64,000 bases of DNA. Origin: an uncultured Acidimicrobiia bacterium. Its GTDB lineage: Bacteria > Actinomycetota > Acidimicrobiia > Acidimicrobiales > AC-14. The notes beneath the pieces were generated by a model. That model did not search any database. It saw only the letters and a list, made by a program, of their open reading frames with translations, and had not been told where the DNA came from. Within the stretch, counting starts at the first letter, position 1, and every line of letters begins with the position of its first letter. Shown piece after piece: positions 1 through 9,091 of the stretch. The position numbers and the translations under genes were made by a program. The stretch spans positions 32,001 through 96,000 of the forward strand of contig CAWIIV010000011.1 of assembly GCA_963836205.1 (NCBI GenBank), in the 5' to 3' direction.

Positions 1-143
1 CTTCTCACCGCATCCTCATGGGTCGAGCTTGCCCCCGCGATTCAGGACGACTGGCGATCAACGTTCCGTCGACCTCTCTTCTAACCTCTTTACTGGGACC
101 GTTTCGAATCGCCATCCGCTCGAACCCTTCTGGCAGCCGTTGA

Positions 144-507
144 TCAGCTCCCGGTTGGTTCACGTGGCAAGACCTCTTTGTCCGACTCATTCCACCGCTC
201 GCGACCTTCCGGCCAGGGGTCCTTATGGAGTTCGCGCTCCGTCATATGTGCCACACGATTGTTGGCCCATCGGTCCCATGCGTCACGCCGAGCCGCCAAG
301 CGCGTATAATGTGAACCTCGTACTGTCCTTCTTCGCAGCGAACTCAAAGAGAATACGAGCATGGATAGCCGCGCTCTCCAGGAAGGCAACCTGCGAGCCT
401 CCTTCGGCCCGTTCAAAGGCGTCCGCCGCAAAGATCAGCCACTTCAGCTCATAGACGAGGTGAGTGCGCATCTGGTACAGGCAATCGTCTTCTAATCAAT
501 GACTCAC
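144..507 (-). pseudogene. Degraded gene for a HEPN-like/all-helical protein (premature stop plus frameshift)
   Basis: GGGGAG RBS, then GTG at 507 and an in-frame TGA at codon 4. Next comes MRTHLVYELKWL...LESAAIHARILFEF (283-471), continuing in another frame as DAWDRWANNRVAHMTERE (144-431 ORF). Lower GC than the flanks. Confidence 0.4.
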
Positions 508-908
508 GTCTCCCCATGCACCTCCACGGTAGCCACAGGCCGCTCACCCCAAGTGGGCGTGCCCTCGTCGTTGACCTGATCGCGCCAGCGGCGTTCTGGC
601 GGCTGGGCTCTGGTGACGACAATCGGGGCGAACGATCGACGGCTCTGGGCGCGCTCCGACGGGCGCCGGGTGTCCGTAATGGGCGCCCAGAACCTGGGGC
701 GGTCGCCACCCAAACGCGTAGCGAAAAGCCGGAGGAGGCAGGCCATCACCGCTGATCCTGGCCATGGCGGCGCCGTCCTCGCGTCGATACCAACATGCCA
801 TTTGCCACCGCAATGAGTGCAGCGGTCGCGACGCTAGCGATCCTCCGGGTTTGTCACTGGTCGTCTGCAGACAGGTTCCGAACGAGGCGGCAGCACCGTT
901 GTGGCGCG

Positions 909-1556
909 TCAGGCGGGGGTGAAGCGGAGGGTGGCGGCCATGCCGTCGGCGACCTCTTCGACGCCCTTGGCCAGGGGCGGGTTGCCGGTGCTGGCGGTCA
1001 GGACGGCCAGCCATTCGGTGGTGAGGACGGGGACGAAGTACTGCGTGAGGGCCACCGGCCGGGGCTCGGGCATGGCGGGGAGGCGCATGGTTTGGCGGGT
1101 TGCCACCTTGACGCCTACGCCTCCGGGCAGGACGACCTCCTCCACCCGGCGGGCGTCGGCCTCCTCGCCGGGGGACGCGAGGGCCCGGCGGTAGACCTCC
1201 CGCAGGCCGGCGACGGGGATGCCCTCGCCGTGGGTGTCGAGCTTGCGCCAGGCGAGGGTGGCGCTGGCCGACACCAGCTCGCCACCGACGTCGGCCGCGA
1301 GGATGGCGGCCATGAACACCTTCTCCCGGTGGAGCTGGCGCATGACGTCGAGGAGGGCGCGGCGGACGGGTCCCCGCTCCGCAGCCGCGTCGGGCCGGCC
1401 GGCCGAGCGCTGGTCGAGGAAGGCATCGAGCCATGCGTCCCACGTGTCGGGGTTGAGGTCGAGCACGGTCCAGTGGTCGGGGACGTCGATGGCGAAGCCG
1501 ATTGGAGGACGGGGGATATCGGCCGCGTAGCCGGCGGGGGGCAGGACGTCGGTCAT
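909..1556 (-). CDS. T7SS-locus-associated hypothetical protein (possible DcrB/PsbP-like adaptor fold)
   Basis: 215 aa, MTDVLPP...FAIDVPDHWTVLDL...MAATLRFTPA. ATGA overlap with the eccC stop. Confidence 0.75.
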   Translation of the reverse strand: MTDVLPPAGYAADIPRPPIGFAIDVPDHWTVLDLNPDTWDAWLDAFLDQRSAGRPDAAAERGPVRRALLDVMRQLHREKVFMAAILAADVGGELVSASATLAWRKLDTHGEGIPVAGLREVYRRALASPGEEADARRVEEVVLPGGVGVKVATRQTMRLPAMPEPRPVALTQYFVPVLTTEWLAVLTASTGNPPLAKGVEEVADGMAATLRFTPA

Positions 1557-4500
1557 CTCGGTACCTGGACGATCCGGGCCTCGCCGTCGAGGCCGAGGAC
1601 GGCTCTCCCCGGCGGCATGCGGCCGGTGAGGTTTCGGGGCAGGCGGAGTCCGATCAGGTCGCCGTCGAGGGTGGACGGCGGTGACAGCAGAAGGCCCGCC
1701 TTGGACTTCTTGGCCTCCACGATGGTGCCCCGCAGCTCGTTCTTGAGGTCGTCGAGCTGGCCCCCGACCACCACCGCCACCCGCCCCCGGCCGGCAGCCC
1801 GCAGGTAGTCCTTTACCGCGTCGTCGGCCGGCGTGCGGGCCAGCACCTCGGCGTCGTCGATCACGATCGCCAGCGGGCCCTCGTACCCGGCCAACAGGGT
1901 GGCCAGCTCCGGTCCGTCGGGCACGCCATCGAGCACATCCGCGCGCTCCCCGCCCAGATCGGTGAGGGGAGACGGGCGGGGACACAGGGCCAGCACCTGG
2001 CCGCCGCTGGCCAGGACGCTGCGGGCGATGGTGAGCAGGGCGGTGCTGCGGCCGGTCTTGCCCGGTCCCGCCACCACGAAGCCGCCCTCAACGGCGAGGT
2101 CGACGCCCACTGCCGCCAGTTCGTCGCCGCCCACGCCCACCAGCGCCCGCAGGGGCGACGAGGGTCGGCTACCGTCACCCGCGGCGGCGGCCTCGGCCAG
2201 GGCCCACGCCCGGTCGAAGCCGATGGTGGTGGGCAGGGCGTCGACCCGGAAGGGACGATTGTCGCGCTCGGCCGCCGGCCACCGTTGGTGCGCCAGCCGG
2301 CCCAGCTCCCGCACCGCCGCCGCCTGGGCCTGTCCCGACGGGTCGGGATCAAGGAGGGCGAACTGCACCTCGGAGCCGGAGTCGGCCCGGAAGGCCCGCC
2401 CCGGCGGCACGTCTTCAGGGATGGTGCGGGGGTTGAGGTTGGCCAGGCGGTAGTCGTTGCGGTCGGCCAGGCGCAGCACCAGCTTGTCCTCCACCTGCGC
2501 CGCCATGCGGTCCATGAGCAGGCTGCGGTCGCCGGCGATGACCAGGCGAAGGCCGACGCCGGCGCCCTCCCGCACCAGGCGGAGGATGGCCGCCGGCAGC
2601 TCCGAGCCGGTGTCGGTGGAGAACTGGGCGGTGAACCCCTCCCACCGGTCGAGGAGGACGACCAGGTAGGGCAGTCGCTCGGAAGGCGGTACCGCCTGCC
2701 GCTGCTCGCCGATGTCGCCCAGTCCCGACCGGGCCAGCAGCTCCAGGCGGCGGGCGACCTCGTTCCCGAGCCGGGCGACCAGGCGCTCGACGCGGCCGGT
2801 CTCCGACCCGACGACCACGCCCCCGCAGTGGGGTAGGTCGTCGAGGGGCAGGAGGGCGCCGTTGCCGAAGTCGAGGCCGTAGAGGTGGACGTCGGACGGC
2901 GATGTCGAGCGGGCAACGGAGGCGGCGATGGTCCTCAGTGCGCTGGAGCGTCCCGACCGGGCCGAGCCGGCGATGAGGACGTGGCTGCCGCCGACGAGGT
3001 CGAACGTGGCCGGCCGCTGGGCCTGGGCCGCGGGCAGGTCCTCCATGCCGATAACGGCGCCGGCCCCGGCTGCCTCGGGTAGTAGTACCGTGGTAGGAAG
3101 CGGCGGGAGCCACGGGCTGCGGGGTCGGGGGAGGCCGGCCCGGGCCGCGGCCCCGCCGATGATCTCGACCAGGGCGCTCAGATCGGTGGCGGCGCCGGCC
3201 TTGTCGTCGGCCCGCTGGGCGGCCGCCATCGGGTGGCCGAGGCGGTTCCACGGCACGGAGGCGACTCGTGGCGGGGGCACGTTGACGGTGGCGCCCTTGC
3301 GCCGACCGGCCACCCGGGCCGTCTGGAACTCCACCAGCACCGCCCGTCCCCCGGTGCGCACGTAACCCCGGCCGGGGGTGGCCCTGGTGATCGACGCCGC
3401 GTTGGGGGCGTCGAGCACCTCGCTGCTGTCCTGCTTGTCCTCCATCCGCAGGGCCACCCGCAGGCCGGTGTTGGCCTTCATCTCGGGGGACACCACGCCG
3501 GCCGGCCGTTGGGTGGCGAGGATGAGGTGCACACCGAGCGACCGTCCCACCCGGGCGATACGGATGAGGCCGCTCACGAAGTCGGGCAGCTCCCGGACCA
3601 GCTCGGCGAACTCGTCGATGACGATCACCAGCCGAGCCAGGCCGGCGTCGGCCGATCGCTGGGCGTCGCGCTCCCAGGCCGAGTCGACATCGGGGACTCC
3701 CATGTCCTTGAGGACGTGCTCCCGGCGCTTGAGCTCGGCGTCGAGGGAGACGAGGGCCCGCTCGGTGAGGTGCCCGTCGAGGTTGGTGACCATGCCGACG
3801 GTGTGGGGCAGGCGCTCGCAGTCGGCGAAGGCGCTGGCGCCCTTGTAGTCGACGAGCACGAAGTTCATGGCACTGGGACGGTTGGCCACCGCCAGCGACG
3901 CCACCACCGTCTGGAGGAACTCGCTCTTGCCTGCGCCGGTGGTGCCCGCCACCAGGGCGTGGGGGCCGTCCCGCTTGAGGTCGAGGTAGAGGGGCCCGTC
4001 GATCGACACGCCCACCAGGGCCTCGGTGGTGCGGCCCGCGCCCAGCCACGTGCTGGCGATGTCGTCGGGACGCTCGAGGTCGAGGTCGGCCAGTTCCACG
4101 AAGCGCACGAACTTGGGGATGGTGGCCTCCCCGTCCTCCCCACCGGTGTCGCGGATCGGGGCCAGGCTGCGGGCGACGTCGTCGGCCCACGACGCGTCAA
4201 CCTGGTCGAACAGGACCTGGCCCACCTCCTCCACGCCGTCGACCTCCAGGGTGGCCAGCGTGGGGTCGTCGGGGTCGACCACCAGCTGGGCCCGTCCCTC
4301 CTCGGCCAGGCGGGTGACGTCGCGGTCGAGCCCGATGGCGTAGATCCCGACCGCCGGTCCCTCCCGAAGCAGGCGGGGCACGCCCGGCACCGATCGCAGG
4401 GGACGGATGCCGTCGAAGACGACCACGTAGGTGGGCGTGAACGTGAGGCCGCGGTGCTCCTTGTCGACCTCGGCCCGGGCCTCGAGCACCTTGAGCAGCT

Positions 4501-5872
4501 CCTTGACCCGCTCCTCGCGGGTCGTGCGGTCGTTGCCCACCAGGGCCGGCGGCGCCTGGGGGTCGTCGGGCCGGATGTGGGGCAGCCAGCGAATCCAGTC
4601 CCAGTCGGCGCCGGCGTCGGCGTCGGTGAGGACGACCAGCTGCAGGTCGCGCGGGCTGCGGAGGGTGGTCAGCTGGGCGACCAGCCAGCGGGCGGCGGCC
4701 CGGATGGGGCCGGGCGGCCCGGCCACGCCGAGGACGCCGGCCTGAGCGAGGTCGACGCCGACGGGGACGGTGGGGAGGCGGGGCGGGGCCTGGTCGGGTC
4801 GCCCGCCGGTGCTGGTGATGGCGATCGACGCGGGCCGGTCGGCCACGCCCACCCGCAGCAGGGCGGCGTCGAGGTCGTGCTCCCGCCGCTCCCAGAGGCG
4901 CCGGTTGGGACCGGTGGCGATGGCGGCCAGAGTGGGTGGGTCGGGGAACTGGTGCCGGGTGAGGCTCACCTCCCGTTCGGCGGCCTCGAACATCAGGGCC
5001 TGGGCCTCGGCCACCTCGGCGTCGTGGCGAGCTTGCTCCTTGGCCGTGCGCTTGGCCTGCCGGCGGCGGCCGTACATGGCGTTGGCAACGGCCACCACCG
5101 GGAAGAGCAGCGCCTGCGGGCCCCAGAACAGCAGGCCCGCAACCGCCGGCACAGCCGGGGTGGCCACCTGGGCCCACGGGAAGGCCTGGTCGTCGCGGTC
5201 GGCCTGGCGGCCGGGGAACGCCACCGACGCCTCCCGTCGGGCGGGACGGATGCGGGCCGGCCGGTTGAAGGCCAGGCCGCCGGCGTCGTCCGGGTGGAGG
5301 TCGGCGTCGGCCTCCTTTGGGGCGCGGACCTCGAGCAGGCACGTGCCGACCTCGATCAGCTGGCCCGGCCGGAGCCGTGTGGGGCGGTCGAGGCGGACGC
5401 CGCCGACCCACGTCCCGTTGGTCGACCCGGCGTCGTCCACCGTGAACCCGTCCCCATCGACGGTGAGGCGGCAGTGGATGCGAGAGACGGAGGTGTCGTC
5501 GAGGCGGATGTCGGCCTGGGCCGAGCGCCCGAGCGTCACCTCGCCCTCGGAGAGCGGCCACGTGCGACCGCTCAGCGGTCCACCGACGACGGCGAGCTCG
5601 AGGGGGGCGTGGCGTTTGCCACCGGCACGCCTGCCGCTGCCGTTGGCGTTGCCGGCCGGTCCCGGGGCGCCGACCAGGAGGACGTCGCCGTCGTGCAGAC
5701 CGCTGTCGGCCAGGAGCCCGTCCCCCGGTAGGCGGCGACCGCGCACGAACAGGTCGGTGCCGGCGCCCACCGCGGCCATGACGTCGGCCATCGAGGTCTC
5801 CGCCTCCGCCACCAGGACGACGTGGTCGACCCGGCCCGAATAGTCGTCGAGGATGCGCAGGTTCAGTCGCAT
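1553..5872 (-). CDS. eccC: EccC/EssC-like FtsK/SpoIIIE T7SS ATPase with N-terminal ubiquitin-like and FHA domains
   Basis: 1439 aa from MRLNLRILDD (AGAGG RBS). FHA (LGRS...VSRIH...GSTNGT), short TM segment, LWERR, three ATPase domains (AGTTGAGKS, IIDEFAEL, LATQRP; AGSARSGRS; AGPGKTGRS). Confidence 0.92.
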   Translation of the reverse strand: MRLNLRILDDYSGRVDHVVLVAEAETSMADVMAAVGAGTDLFVRGRRLPGDGLLADSGLHDGDVLLVGAPGPAGNANGSGRRAGGKRHAPLELAVVGGPLSGRTWPLSEGEVTLGRSAQADIRLDDTSVSRIHCRLTVDGDGFTVDDAGSTNGTWVGGVRLDRPTRLRPGQLIEVGTCLLEVRAPKEADADLHPDDAGGLAFNRPARIRPARREASVAFPGRQADRDDQAFPWAQVATPAVPAVAGLLFWGPQALLFPVVAVANAMYGRRRQAKRTAKEQARHDAEVAEAQALMFEAAEREVSLTRHQFPDPPTLAAIATGPNRRLWERREHDLDAALLRVGVADRPASIAITSTGGRPDQAPPRLPTVPVGVDLAQAGVLGVAGPPGPIRAAARWLVAQLTTLRSPRDLQLVVLTDADAGADWDWIRWLPHIRPDDPQAPPALVGNDRTTREERVKELLKVLEARAEVDKEHRGLTFTPTYVVVFDGIRPLRSVPGVPRLLREGPAVGIYAIGLDRDVTRLAEEGRAQLVVDPDDPTLATLEVDGVEEVGQVLFDQVDASWADDVARSLAPIRDTGGEDGEATIPKFVRFVELADLDLERPDDIASTWLGAGRTTEALVGVSIDGPLYLDLKRDGPHALVAGTTGAGKSEFLQTVVASLAVANRPSAMNFVLVDYKGASAFADCERLPHTVGMVTNLDGHLTERALVSLDAELKRREHVLKDMGVPDVDSAWERDAQRSADAGLARLVIVIDEFAELVRELPDFVSGLIRIARVGRSLGVHLILATQRPAGVVSPEMKANTGLRVALRMEDKQDSSEVLDAPNAASITRATPGRGYVRTGGRAVLVEFQTARVAGRRKGATVNVPPPRVASVPWNRLGHPMAAAQRADDKAGAATDLSALVEIIGGAAARAGLPRPRSPWLPPLPTTVLLPEAAGAGAVIGMEDLPAAQAQRPATFDLVGGSHVLIAGSARSGRSSALRTIAASVARSTSPSDVHLYGLDFGNGALLPLDDLPHCGGVVVGSETGRVERLVARLGNEVARRLELLARSGLGDIGEQRQAVPPSERLPYLVVLLDRWEGFTAQFSTDTGSELPAAILRLVREGAGVGLRLVIAGDRSLLMDRMAAQVEDKLVLRLADRNDYRLANLNPRTIPEDVPPGRAFRADSGSEVQFALLDPDPSGQAQAAAVRELGRLAHQRWPAAERDNRPFRVDALPTTIGFDRAWALAEAAAAGDGSRPSSPLRALVGVGGDELAAVGVDLAVEGGFVVAGPGKTGRSTALLTIARSVLASGGQVLALCPRPSPLTDLGGERADVLDGVPDGPELATLLAGYEGPLAIVIDDAEVLARTPADDAVKDYLRAAGRGRVAVVVGGQLDDLKNELRGTIVEAKKSKAGLLLSPPSTLDGDLIGLRLPRNLTGRMPPGRAVLGLDGEARIVQVPR

Positions 5873-6021
5873 GAAACCTCTGCCGGACGCCGGCGCACGG
5901 ACCCCATCGTCTCCGGGTGCGTGCTGGATCCAGACTACCGGCAGCGAGCTCTTACTGAATTCGTCGCGCTGGCGTTTGCTGTTGGCTGGGCCGGACACCC
6001 AAGGCGGAAAGCGAGGCACTC

Positions 6022-6315
6022 ATGCCAGCGATCAAGGTCACGTCGGAGCAACTGGAGTCGGTCTCCCGGCTTCTCGACAGCGGGCGCCAGGACGTGGCCC
6101 AGCAGCTCGCCTCCATGGAGGGCCAGGTCAAGGGCCTCGTCGACGCCGACTGGCAGGGAGCGGCCTCCAGCAGCTTCCGCGACATGTGGGACCAGTGGCA
6201 CACCGGCGCCCGCCAGGTGGAAGAGGCCCTGGCCGGGATCTCCCAGCTCCTCCAGCAGGCGGCCACGACCTACCGCGACACGGAGGACCAGCTCTCCAGC
6301 CAGATGCGCGGGTAG
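6022..6315 (+). CDS. WXG100/ESAT-6 family T7SS substrate
   Basis: 97 aa with a central WQG motif and a C-terminal TYRDTE (YxxxE) signal. Divergent from eccC. Confidence 0.93.
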   Translation: MPAIKVTSEQLESVSRLLDSGRQDVAQQLASMEGQVKGLVDADWQGAASSSFRDMWDQWHTGARQVEEALAGISQLLQQAATTYRDTEDQLSSQMRG

Positions 6316-6335
6316 CCGAAGGCGAGGACGCAGCG

Positions 6336-6440
6336 GTGGAGCTGTACGTCGACGTCGACGCCCTGGCCGAGCTGTCCCGCCAGCTCGACGACGTCAAGGC
6401 GGCCCTGGAGCGGGCCCACGACGACGTCGGACCACCGTAG
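6336..6440 (+). pseudogene. Truncated N-terminus of a second WXG100-like gene
   Basis: GAGG RBS, GTG start, MELYVDVDALAELSRQLDDVKAALERAHDDVGPP* (34 aa). The first helix is WXG-like and the ORF ends before any WXG motif. Confidence 0.6.
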
Positions 6441-6537
6441 AAGACGGTTGGAGGAGGGTACGCGTGTGAACAGCGTGTCGATCCAGGAACGACAAGCGGG
6501 AGGAACCGTGGGCGCCAATCCCCTGGGGGACCAATGA
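6430..6537 (+). pseudogene. Start-less C-terminal remnant of a putative polymorphic nuclease toxin
   Basis: Frame DHRRRRLEEGTRVNSVSIQERQAGGTVGANPLGDQ*. Its TGA overlaps the ATG of the immunity gene (ATGA). Confidence 0.5.
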
Positions 6538-7145
6538 GCTTGTTCAAGAAGCGTTTCCAGCGGTTCATGTCCCACTACCGGCCCGACGGGCAGGCGCCCT
6601 CCGGTGAGGCACCCGACCTACCCGGCAGCCTGTCGGCCACCGGGTTCGACGAGCCGATGTCGCAGTACGCAGGGTGCACGTTCGACCGGGGGCTGTACCG
6701 GCTGCACACGCAGGCGTCGTCCGTCCTGGCCAACGGTTGGGTCGCAGAGGCGTTCCCGGAGTTCGCCCACCGGGTCCACTGCTTCGGCTTCGACTGGTCG
6801 GGCGACCAGTTCGCGCTCGACCGGGCGCGTACCCACAAGGGTGAGAACCTGGTCCTGCTGCTGGAGGCGGGCACGGCCGAGGCGCTGGAGATCCCGGCCA
6901 CCTTCGCCGCCTTCCACGACCAGGAGCTGGTCGACGAGGGGGAGGCGGCGCTCAGCATCAGCTTCTGGCAGGAGTGGCTGGCGGCCAATCCCGGCCAGGT
7001 GCCCCTGCGCTTCGCCGACTGCGTGGGGTACAAGGTGCCGCTGTTCCTCGGCGGCGAGGACACGGTCGAAAACCTGGAGGTCATCGACGTCGACGTGTAC
7101 TGGACGATCACCGGTCAGCTGCGGCGGCAGGTGGAGCAGATCTGA
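6534..7145 (+). CDS. Tdi1-like (DUF1851) nuclease-toxin immunity protein
   Basis: FGFDWSGDQFA and C-terminal CVGYKVPLFLGGEDTVENLEVIDVDVYW, typical of T6SS_Tdi1_C/DUF1851. Confidence 0.85.
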   Translation: MSLFKKRFQRFMSHYRPDGQAPSGEAPDLPGSLSATGFDEPMSQYAGCTFDRGLYRLHTQASSVLANGWVAEAFPEFAHRVHCFGFDWSGDQFALDRARTHKGENLVLLLEAGTAEALEIPATFAAFHDQELVDEGEAALSISFWQEWLAANPGQVPLRFADCVGYKVPLFLGGEDTVENLEVIDVDVYWTITGQLRRQVEQI

Positions 7146-7215
7146 CGTCACCAAGGCGGCTGTCCCGTCGAGGGTGAGTGCGAGCGCCTGGCGACCCGGG
7201 TGGCAGCATGGGGCC

Positions 7216-7842
7216 ATGCGCGCTCGTGTCCTCGTCGCTGTGGCGGCAATGGCCTTTCTCGTCGCCGGCTGCACCGACGACGACGACCCGGCCACCACGA
7301 CCACGTCGTCGGCGGTCGTGACGACGGTGCCGGTCAGCACCACCGGGGCGGGGTCGACCACGTCGCCCACGACCGTGCCCGCCGCGGTCGCGATCGTCCT
7401 GCACGCCGACGGACTCGGTGTCGTGGACTTCGGGGCCACCAAGGACGCGACGCTCACCGCCCTCGGAGCCCTCCTCGGCCCGATCGACGAGACTGGGACT
7501 GGTTGTGAGCTGGCCGGACCCGACGTCACCACCGCCCGGTGGGACGAGTTGCGGGTGCAGTTCGTCGGGACGGTGTTCGACTCCTACAACGTGCGCCCGC
7601 CTCCCGGCGAGGCCGCCGTCCTGGGCCTGAAGACCGACGCCGGGGTGGGGCTCGGTTCCACGGTGGCCCAGCTCGAGGCCGCCTACGGTTTGCAGCTCAC
7701 GATTCCCGGCCTGCCGCCCGAGTTCGGCGGCAACGACTTCCGGGTCACCTTCGGCGGCACCGGCCCGGAGTTGCTCGGAACGCTGTCCGACACCTCCGCC
7801 GCGGGCGTCGTCACCGCCATCTTCACCCAGGTCTGCGAGTAG
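7216..7842 (+). CDS. Lipoprotein of unknown function
   Basis: Signal peptide with LVAGC lipobox, Thr-rich linker, C-terminal globular domain. Confidence 0.8.
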   Translation: MRARVLVAVAAMAFLVAGCTDDDDPATTTTSSAVVTTVPVSTTGAGSTTSPTTVPAAVAIVLHADGLGVVDFGATKDATLTALGALLGPIDETGTGCELAGPDVTTARWDELRVQFVGTVFDSYNVRPPPGEAAVLGLKTDAGVGLGSTVAQLEAAYGLQLTIPGLPPEFGGNDFRVTFGGTGPELLGTLSDTSAAGVVTAIFTQVCE

Positions 7843-9004
7843 CCCGGAGGGCGGCGGCCACCTCCAGGCGGATCCGGAAGTCGGAGTCGCCGGCCAGGTC
7901 CTCGATCGGCGCCCGGCTGGGCTCGGCGCCCAGCTCGGAGAGTCCCCGAAGGGCCTTCCACCGGACCCACGCGTCGGCGTCGGCGAGGGCCGTCTCCAGG
8001 AGCGGCCGCAGGTCCTCCCGGCCGGCGTCGACCACCGCATCGACTGCGGCCCGCCGCACCGAGCGCACCGGGTCGGTCACGAGTCGGGCCCAGTCGGCCG
8101 CCGCGACCTCGGGGTCGGCCTCGCCCAAAAGGTTGGCCGCCACCTGCCGCCGGGACGGGTCGTCGTCGGTCGCCGCCGCCCGCACCCGGTCGAGGTCGTC
8201 GGCGTTGGTGGCGGGGCGGAGTGAGCCGAGGTCGCGCCACGCCCGGTCCAGGCGGCTGAGACGCTTGTTGTCGGCGGCCGGGGGCGTGCCGCCGACAACG
8301 CCCACGCCGACCATGCCGGCGCCGGCGGGGCCGCCCATCACCCGGGGAGCGCTCGTGTCGGGCGGGGCGTCGGGGTCGGCGAACTCGTCGGTGACCACGG
8401 CCAGGATGGGCCGCAGGACTCGTTCCCAGTCGGCCGCCCGGTGCAGGCCCACGGCCACGAAGTCGGGTCCGACGAGGACGTTGGCCACCTCGTCGTGCTC
8501 GGCGAAGAGGCGGGCGGCACCGGGGTCGTCGGCTGCGGCCGCGGCCGACTCGTACCAGCGGCTGGGTCCGCCGTGGATGGGACCCACCTGGAAGCGGATC
8601 GACCGGGGGTTGGGAGTGGCCTCGGGCACCACCGGCCCGCCGAACGTGCCCGCCAACAGGTCGGGCTCCGGGTCGGCGGCCGCGGGCCCGGCGGCGCCCG
8701 TCGTCGACACCCGCACCCCGAAGCGGTCGTCGACCCAGCCGTAGTCGAGGGTCACGTCGGGGCCGAGGTCGCGCCGCCACCTGCCGGCGCCGGGGCCCAC
8801 CGCGGCGGCGAGGGCGTCGTCGTCGCCCGGACCCCATTCCTCGGTCGAGAAGAACCGCTTGAGCAGCGCCTTGGTGGGGGCCAACGCCTCGAACGGGAGG
8901 GTGAGGAAGGCGTCGACGGTGAGGTGTCCGAAGGCGGCTCGGGCCAGGCCCCGCTCGACCACCAGCCGGCGGGCCTCATCCAGGTCGGCCCCGGACGTCG
9001 GCAT
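7823..9004 (-). CDS. Nfu/NifU N-terminal domain + HEAT-repeat protein (CvfC/YpgR-like)
   Basis: EATPNPRSIRF (Nfu_N), HEAT/PBS repeats (DPVRSVRRAAVDA, DADAWVRWKAL). TACCGT -10 lies 7 nt before the ATG. Confidence 0.8.
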   Translation of the reverse strand: MPTSGADLDEARRLVVERGLARAAFGHLTVDAFLTLPFEALAPTKALLKRFFSTEEWGPGDDDALAAAVGPGAGRWRRDLGPDVTLDYGWVDDRFGVRVSTTGAAGPAAADPEPDLLAGTFGGPVVPEATPNPRSIRFQVGPIHGGPSRWYESAAAAADDPGAARLFAEHDEVANVLVGPDFVAVGLHRAADWERVLRPILAVVTDEFADPDAPPDTSAPRVMGGPAGAGMVGVGVVGGTPPAADNKRLSRLDRAWRDLGSLRPATNADDLDRVRAAATDDDPSRRQVAANLLGEADPEVAAADWARLVTDPVRSVRRAAVDAVVDAGREDLRPLLETALADADAWVRWKALRGLSELGAEPSRAPIEDLAGDSDFRIRLEVAAALRATRRPG

Positions 9005-9091
9005 CGGACCGACGGTACCCGACGGAGATGTTCACACGATGGTGACCGGGCACCCCTTGCGCGGACCTTCCGACGGGGCAGAATCGCCCGC

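Noticed and set aside
496-498. Selenocysteine TGA in the HEPN-like remnant
   Set aside because: No redox motif or recognisable SECIS, and the same gene also has a frameshift.
504-900. Short ORFs (504-749, 516-755, 613-816)
   Set aside because: No recognisable motifs and atypical codon usage; probably non-coding or decayed.
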